DNA of 64,000 bases, taken from Macrostomum hystrix. Lineage: Eukaryota > Animalia > Platyhelminthes. The stretch's first letter is position 1; every line of letters begins with the position of its first letter. The stretch spans positions 2,294,001-2,358,000 of the forward strand of contig CATNEN010000039.1 in NCBI GenBank assembly GCA_950097015.1, in the 5' to 3' direction. A program made the position numbers and the translations under genes. The notes beneath the pieces were generated by a model. That model was not told the origin of the DNA, did no database searches, and saw nothing but the letters and a program-made list of their open reading frames with translations. Positions 50,601 through 59,600 of this stretch are shown here, piece after piece.

Positions 50601-53600
50601 ACGGGCAACTGTTTGTGCCTTGCGAGCTCTCGGATACAGCAATTCTGAAAGCAATCTAGCAATGTTGTCCAAGCCGCTGCATCCTGTGCTGCTAATCTTG
50701 CTCCTGCTGCACCTGTCGCACCTGCTGTCGGCTTTCTACCCTGATGCGGACGATATGAACATGGACTTCCTGAAGAAGGAGGACTCGAACGCTGGGCCGG
50801 ACATGCAGCGCATGATGCTGATGAACACGGAGGACCCGAAGCTGCGCGCGGAGGCGGAGGAAGCTTTCCAGGAAATCCTCCGCGCCCGCCGGCTCAGCAA
50901 GCTACAGGTGTGCCGGCGCGAATGCGTCAACGAGCACGAGGCGGCGGCCGAGTTCGCCAGCTGCAATGCCAGGTGCGAGGCCACTCAACCGCCTGGCGAG
51001 TACGAAGAGCTGCGAACTCTGCATGGCTCCTCAGACTCTGCGGACGTCAAGAAGCCTGTGGATGAGAAGGCCGACAAAGTCGAGAAGAAGAGTGGTGACC
51101 ATCCAGCGAAGAAGCCTAAAGACAGTGGAGAGCTGTAGTACTCTCACATACAGTCTGCTTCTTTGTTACACCGTACTCTATAATGGACCACTTAAGAAGC
51201 AATTCAAAGCTACTTGCCTTGTCTATCATGCTGGAACTTTAGCTTAAAATCATTGACGCGCTGTTGATGGAAACCACACTAACAATAAAGTGTTAAATTT
51301 ATTCACTGTTGTTAAAAAATAAAAAGTTTAAATTAAAAATGAATGAACACCAAAATTCTTATTTCGGTTCCGGAAAAATAGTGGAGAAATATATTTTATG
51401 ACTTGACTTCGCCCCGCTCTAGACAATTAGCCGCTGCGCAGCACCTCCAGGGCGCACAGTCGTCCAGGTGCACCCATCACTCCACCACCCGGGTGGGCAC
51501 CGCTGCCGCACAGGTAGAGGCCTGCAACCGGGCTGCGATAGTCGCAGAACTCCGGAGTTGGCCTCATAAAGTATAGCTGGTCGAGCGACATTCCACCGTG
51601 GAAGATGTTGCCGCCAGTCAGGCCGAACGTATCCTCCAGGTCCTGAGGCGTGAGCAAATCGCTGCCCAGGACGGAGGCGGAGAAGCCGGGCGCATAGTCG
51701 TCAATGCATTTGAACACGGTGGCCTTGTAGCGCTCTTTGTCCTCTGGTGTCCAAGGCTTACCGTGCAGCAGCTTGGGTGTGTACTGGGTGAATAACTGTA
51801 CCACGTGCGCACCTGGTGGTGGAAAGAGTTCGCATGGCTTTAGGTTTGGGATGATTACTCGTGTGACAAACGACAGTCTGTGTTAGGGTATTAACTTATC
51901 AACCGTTAAAAGGGCCCATTTGTACCTTTAGGCGCAATACTGTCGTCCAAAGATGAAGGGACAGTCATCTCGATCACAGGCCTGTCAGCATAGCCACCTT
52001 GCAGGCAAGCCCTGTAGGCAGCGTCAATCATTGAGCAGTTGTCCGAGTTCAGGTGAATTGTGCCGTGAAAGTGGTCGGGGCACAACCCAGTGTTGGTGGT
52101 CGGATTGGGATCAGCCAGAAAATTAGGCAGGTGAGACACGGCGACATTGATTTTAGTTACAGGTGAAGCGTAGTCAATGCGACGTACGCTGGCCAAGAAA
52201 TCGTCAGGTAGGCAGCCTGGCGGCAGCAAGTCTTCAAATGTTACCTTTGGCGTCGCGTTAGACAGTACCACTGGGGCATCAACCTCGCTGCCGTCGGCTA
52301 GAACAACACCTTCCGTCCTACCATTGGCTACCTTGACTTGCGACACTGCGGTGTTGGTGAATATCTTGACGCCTGAAAGGGGGGGCAGTTGTGTTAAACA
52401 TTGATTCTTGGCAATTAATTAATTAGACTACTAGTTAGTAATCTCGTAAGTAGTCCACAAGTCTACGTCGTAGTTACATTATTGCAGCTATTCATTCTCA
52501 AAAACACTTGAGAGCAGTTGGGGTTCTTATAAATGCGTCGCCCAAAACCGCCTGTCGATGTTGCACTCACCCCTAGACTCGCCGCTCCTAGCAATGGCCT
52601 TGCTAACGGATCCCATTCCACCCCGCACGTAGCCCCAAGCGCCGGGGATATTGTTCACGCCGCCCATCACGTGATGCAGGAGCACGTAGCCACTGCCAGG
52701 CGTGTCCGGACTGATCATGGCGCCGATGACGCTGTCCGTGGCCAGAGTGGCCTTCAATGGTTTGCTCTCAAACCAGCGATCCAGAATTCGAGTGGTAGGC
52801 GCGGTCAGGAGCTCGTACAGCTGCAGAAGTTTTGGCCCGAGCTCCAAGGCCATTTGGTAAAGGGGCTTGACTCGCCTGAGCTCGCTAGCCTTGGCGCGTA
52901 GTCCGCTTGCAGCCAGCATGCGGTGCAAATTGAACGGCGGGTTGTCCAGCAGGGGCTCCAGGCTCGCAGCCAGACGGCCCATGTAGTCCTCGTAGCGGAA
53001 GTACTGATCCGCGTCCCGGGGCGAGAACGCTGCGATAGACTTGTGCGTCCTGCCGTGGTCTCGACCGAGCAGGAGGGAGCGGGCTCCCGTTTTGGAGGCC
53101 GGCTGCAGGAGCGGCGTGTAGGAGCTGGGATCGCGGGTGTAGACCACTAGGCCGTGCTGATCCAGCTGCAGGTCGGCTGCCACCTTCGGGCGCAGCAAGC
53201 TCAGCACGTACGAGCAGCGGCTGAACTTGAAGCCGGGCACAATCTCTTCAGTCACGGCGGCGCCACCAATGACGGGTCGGCGCTCAAGGACGCAGACTTT
53301 CTTACCTGCACCGGCCAGGTAGGCAGCCGCCACGAGTCCATTGTGCCCGGCTCCAATCACAGCGCAGTCGTATCGACCGGCCGGACTTGATTTCGCAGCG
53401 CAGAGAAGCCGCTGATGTTGTCCATGAATTTGAAGCAAGTATTGCCTCAGCAGGCTTCGAGTACCGTGCATTGCTTAGAAAGTCTTGCAGTCCAAAGCAA
53501 AGCTTCTGCAATGTTTGCATTTGGGTCTCCTCTGACAGCGTTGTCAACATGCGCCCAGGGCAAGAAAGCCTGTTTATAACATGAGGGGGGTGGTTTGCAG

Positions 53601-56600
53601 TTTAGGCAGCTTGAAATGCGGTGAGTGAACAGTCTCCATTGTGCACCCTGGATCCAGCCCCAGACTGAGGGTTCGCCTCTAAATTACTGCTGCAGCCCTT
53701 CCTTCAGTGCAGCTATCGGGCAGCGTGTTGGTGTGCAATCGCATTGGCTTATCGTTTCGTGTGACTGTAGGGTTAAATTATTATTTATTGGACGATCGAT
53801 AAAGAGGACAGTAGATCCAGCCCAATTACCCGCCTGTGTGTCATTGCTAGCAGTGGAAAAGCGAGTCAAAGCCAGGGGTAGCTTTCCAGAAGTGAAACAC
53901 AATATTTATTCAAATTTTATATGCGCTAATTTCCTTAATCCAGATTTCAAAGTCAGGTTGCAAGGCGTGCAGTTCAGTAGACTACAATAGCCGCGTACAA
54001 TGAACTGTACGCAGTGGGGCCGCCACATGCCCAGCCAGGCTCACTCAAGAGCTGACGCGAGCACTCAGGTGAAGAAAGTAGAAATTGCTTCGCATTGTTC
54101 TGCCCAAGTAAACCCATCAGGCCATCCACATGGGCTGTGCGCAGCTGGCGGGGCGGGGGGGGGGCGTTCACCCTCCGCTCTGCTCTTACATCCAATTGCC
54201 TCCGCCAATTTCTGTTTCTCTCCACCCCAAGGCGTCCTCCAAAGCCCTGCTCAAATTACTCTAAAAATAGAAAGTATATAATAAGAGAAAACTTTCCCTC
54301 GGCCACCCAAGCTATCCGCAAGCCTGTACTGCATGCCGAAGCCAACACTTACACACAGAAAATGCATGTGTGAGTAATTCCAGCAGAGTTAGGTGCGAAG
54401 GACCGCTTTGCGAGCGACTCGACTGCGAATTCCGTTAAAGCTCCTGCATTGCATTAAAAAAACGACTGAAAGAACGAAGAACTAAGGACTGCGCAAAGGC
54501 AACCAGAGCAGGAGGCGCACAAAGGAGAGCAGATTTCCAAGCGCACCTCACTCCGAAAGACTCACTTCCTGCCTTCCCCTGCTGCCTACCTGTTTATCGA
54601 GCGCGTGAGCGCTAATAAGCGACACTCGCGGAAAACTCTACCTGCGCCCTCCGTGCCGTTCATATAATCGCCTCCTCCCTCAGCCTACCTGTGCGCGATA
54701 GAGAGACGCAGAGAGGTCGCAGAGAAGCGAAAAAGAACGCATAGACTTGTGGACTGCGAGCCCGGCTCGCAAAGACTTCTCAGCCTTCGCAGCATGCGGC
54801 CCTCGCAACGTCCCTGCTGGCTATTCGCCCTGCTAGCACTGCTAATCCAGTCCGTTGCTGCCAACATCGCTACATTCAATGTCAGCGACATCACTAAATG
54901 GACTCGCGCCAACGCCACCGGAGTCCCAGTCGGCCTCGTCACAGTCTTTGAGCTGCGAACTTCGCATCCGGGAGGTTCAGTCTGGGGGCTGTTCGGATTA
55001 TCGACCGATAATTCCAGCGACATTATCTACTTGAAGATCGGCCTGACAGGCCCGAATTTGACACTCGATGGGTCTTTCATCAACAGCCCGCGCCAAATCG
55101 CTGCCAATGTCACTGATGGCAGATGGCACTCAGTGAAAATCCACCTATATGCTAACACAAGCAGCTCAACTGTCAGCGTGGATGGTATTAGCCAGCTGCA
55201 ATGGAACGCACATTCATGGACGCTAATTAACTGGACAGTCATGACCTTCGGTGGCGTCAATGGTTCTGATGGACTTCGCGGTTGCCTTGCAAATGCGAGC
55301 GTTACTAGAATCTTCAACAACGATGTACTCAACGCGACCTCAGTAGTCGAATTTTCGGGGACAGTGAATGCCACTGCCTGCATAGAGGACCCATGTCTCT
55401 GCGCTAACGGTGGCTCGTGTCTGCCCAGTCCGCGGTGGAACCTGCATTCTGGCTGCAATTGCACTGGGACAGGCTTCGGTGGTGATTTTTGCCTAGTCGC
55501 CAAAGATTTTTGTAATGCAAGTGGCAGTGGCGGCGACCCGTGCTCCGGTCACGGCCACTGCATCAGCATCGCCAAAAACGAGACATTTATCTGCAACTGC
55601 ACCGATGGCTACATTGGTTCTAACTGCTCAACTCCTCCAGCGACGATCCCGAGTTCCACGACGATGCCAACGCCGACAACGACACCGACACCGACAATAA
55701 CCACATTGTCAACAGCGAGACAGCCTGCGACTCCGGCGCCGCAAAGTGACACCCGTCTGGTCGTCGGCCTCGTGGTTGGTCTGCTGCTGCTGCTGCTGGC
55801 AGGCACCGGGGCCGGCCTGGCGTTCAAGATTGTGCGCGACCGCCGGAAAGACTCCGGCGTCTACAAGCCCTACGACAGGGAGGTCGGTGGCGTCAAGTCC
55901 GGCCAGCGCAGTGCGCAAGACATCCTCAGACCGCCAAATGAGGAGAGGCTGATCTGAGCACGCAGGTGCTTGGGGCGGTTGTCTCGATTGGCCAGTGCAG
56001 ATCAGCTAAACCCTTTGTACTTTTAGCATGCTGATGTCAGCGATGAGTCATTTATCGTGCCTCAAAGAGATCCAGACTCAATCCTCCTTCGGGGCATTTC
56101 CCTACTCAATTTTTTGCCCTCTCTCTGGGTCGGCAATCCGATCAGAGGAAATTGCGAATTTCACCCAGATGAGACTCGCTTGACAGGCGCTCAGACCCTT
56201 GCGCTTATCGGATTAAATTGGTCGTTGCCTGCTCTCCTTCAAACCTCCAAACTAGATTCGCATTCGCATTATCAATAAAATGAAATGGCTGAAGTGCTAA
56301 GGATTCCATGCAAGCTGGGCGCATGAAATGCGCAGCGGCGGTTCAAGCAATCTCTGCTCATTCCTATTTTTCTTTCTCACGCATTCACGCATCCATTGCG
56401 CACTTTCTACAGATTTGTGTAATTTTTAAGACGATTTGCTTCAATCACAAGTAGCAATTTTTGTAAACCATCAAGCTAGTATTTTCGTAAGCATATTGTT
56501 CAACAAAGCATCACGGCTAAATCCAGTGTCAAAAGTTTTCTAAATTTGCACATAAAGGTCAGCACTTTGCTTTTAGAGAAGGTATTTAGGCTAGGTATTT

Positions 56601-59600
56601 ATTTTAATTCCTAAGTAAAGTGCTCTTGTCTTCACCTCTAGGGCAAATATACTAGCAAATATAATGTACCAAGTCTGCGAAAAACAGTTAATCTAGAGAC
56701 TTTTTTCTTTTGACAAATCAGCAGGCCACACAGTCAGCTTGACGAGACCATTGCTAGCGGCATGGCTAGCATATCGCCTTATACAAGCTATCGTAGTAAA
56801 ACATGTGTATAATTTGCAAGAGAATAATTTAGTGATACTAGACCCACAGCCAGCGAGGATGCAATTCTGCCCATTTCGCTGACTCCTGAGCACACACGCA
56901 CACAGATACTGTACGCTGGCACACGCTCACACAGGTGTGTACATCTGCCCTGACTTCCTTATCGTCAGGCAGTGTACACTGTCACTGTGCCTTGGATGTT
57001 AGCCCTCAAATGCGTAAATTGCATGACAAGCCCCAAATGAATGTGGCCTCGTCGCGGAATCGAGCTCAGTTTTCAATCCCAAAAATCTAATCTCAATCTT
57101 TAAACGTTCTCCCATCTCCCGATCTCACGCAGCGCAAATGCATCGAATTCGCGCTCAAGGCGAAGCCCATCAGACGGTACATACCTCAGCAGCGGCTGCA
57201 GTACAAAATCTGGTGGTTTGTCACATCGACACCATTTGAGTATGGAATCTTCCTGCTCATCATGCTCAACACGATCGCCCTGGCCATGAAGGTTCGCCTG
57301 AAAAATGTTTCATTTTTATCAGTGATTTGCAAAGGAACGATTAGTAGCAACATATTAATAGGGCTTGTTGTGCTCAAACTATTTCTGCAGTTTGAAGGCC
57401 AACCAGAGACTTACAGTTCGGTGCTGGACTACTTCAACATGCTCTTCACTGTCATCTTCACTATTGAATTCATACTCAAGCTAGTGGCTTTTAGTTTTAG
57501 GGTGAGTTGTTTGGAAGTACGGTTGAGTATTCTCTGTACAACTTTCCGTTTAAAATATTACCTATTGATCAAATTTATCATTTAGAATTACTTCAGCGAT
57601 CGTTGGAATGTGCTGGACTTCATCATTGTGTTGGGCTCGTATATCGACATCATCTCGAGCAAGTTTGCGGTGAGTGCTCGGCCAATTAAACCCCACTGGT
57701 GAAGCAGTTTTCTTTACTCCGCTCGAGTCACACAGTGCCACTGTTTTTTTAACAACCAACTAACTGAACTCACGATGCAAGTATCGATTCGCCAACTGAT
57801 AAAATCTCTCTTTGTCTCTTTTTCGGCTCCAGTCTTATAGTATTTCAGAGCCTGCACTACCGCCACTTCACACGGCTGCATTTGACGCTGACAAACATGG
57901 CCATACTCACGTATGCCACAGCAATGCTCCACTAAAATGCTCACTTTTTTTACTGTTTCATAACTGTGCCCTATGCCGCGTCATTTGAGCCGGAGGAGTG
58001 AGCTCAGATTCGGATCGAAACGCTTCTTGACGCTTCTCTTTCTAGACGTTGTCATTTTTGTGCCAATTAAGAAACCGTAGCTTCACTTCTGTTTCGACGG
58101 AGCACGTTGGCAATTTAGTTGACGCAGTTTTTTTCTAGTGCACAAAATCTATGTAGTCACGTGCCACCTCAATGATCCTTATTTAGCTTTCAGTCCTATC
58201 GAGTTGAAAGATCTGCTATGAAAATTGTTTTGCGAAAATTGAACTCAAGGTTTCAATTTATCTTCTACTACACGTAGCGAGCACGTAATTTAGTTCTGAG
58301 ACTAGTCTGATCACCAGTTTGAGGATACACGTTTCTTGTGTTTAGACACCGCAATGTTGTACCTAAATCTCACTTACATTTTTACTGTTGATCCTTGATT
58401 TGAATTTGAATTTTCGGTTAAAAGAGTCGGGGACCTTCATTCAATCGTGTTCCCTAGTTAGTCCATGAAGTCAGAACCTCCAGGATCGTGCCACTGAAGT
58501 TGACCCTGAACTCGCTGTCCACGAAGTTAGTGTCCTGAAGTCGGAGTCCCCCGAACGTGCCGAAGTCGGCACGCGTCTATTGGAAGAGATACCTAGAGCT
58601 CATGATATTGACTTATGTTATCACTTGATACCTATTCCGTGGTACCTAGATTTAATACTTAGGTGTGTTCACTGATGTCGATAAATAGCTCGTACGAGCT
58701 GCCTTCAAAACGCAACCAACCCGCCAACTTCAGACAAGCAAGGCGACAATTTCCATCGGGTTCTTCCGCCTGTTCCGAGCAATGCGACTAGTGAAGCTTT
58801 TGAATAGGGGCGAGCATCTTAGAACTCTGCTGTGGACCTTCATCAAGTCATTCCAGGTGATTTGTTCATAGTGTTCTTAACGAATAATATAATTTCCAAC
58901 ATACCGAATAGACGCGCTCTTTCTGAGAAGAGTGAGAGTGAGAAGAACGAAAAACTGCCCTAACCAAAACATCCTCTAACACGACTAAAAAACATCATTG
59001 AACATTCCTACTTAAGCGTCCTCTGACATGCCTGCCAAAGCGTCCTCTGACACTCCTACCAAAGTGTCCTCTGACCCTTCTACCAAAGCGTTCTCTGACC
59101 CTTCTTCCAAAGCGTCCTCTGACCCTTCTACCAAAGCGTCCTCGAACACTCCTACCAAAGCTTCCTCGGACACTCCTACCAAAGCGTCCACTGACCCTTC
59201 TACCAAAGCGTCCTCGGACACTCCTACCAAAGCGTCCTCTGACATTCATACCAAAGCGTTCTCGAACACTCCTACCAAAGCGTCCACTGACCCTTCTACC
59301 AAAGCGTCCTCTAACACGACTACAAAAACATCATTGAACATTCCTACTAAAGCGTCCTCTGACATGCCTACCAAAGCGTCCTCTGACACTCCTACCAACT
59401 ACCGACTACCAACTACCTCTGACCCTTCTACCAAAGCGTTCTCTGACCCTTCTTCCAAAGCGTCCTCTGACCCTTCTACCAAAGCGTCCTCGAACACTCC
59501 TACCAAAGCTTCCTCGGACACTCCTACCAAAGCGTCCACTGACCCTTCCACCAAAGCGTCCTCGGACACTCCTACCAAAGCGTCCTCGAACACTCCTACC

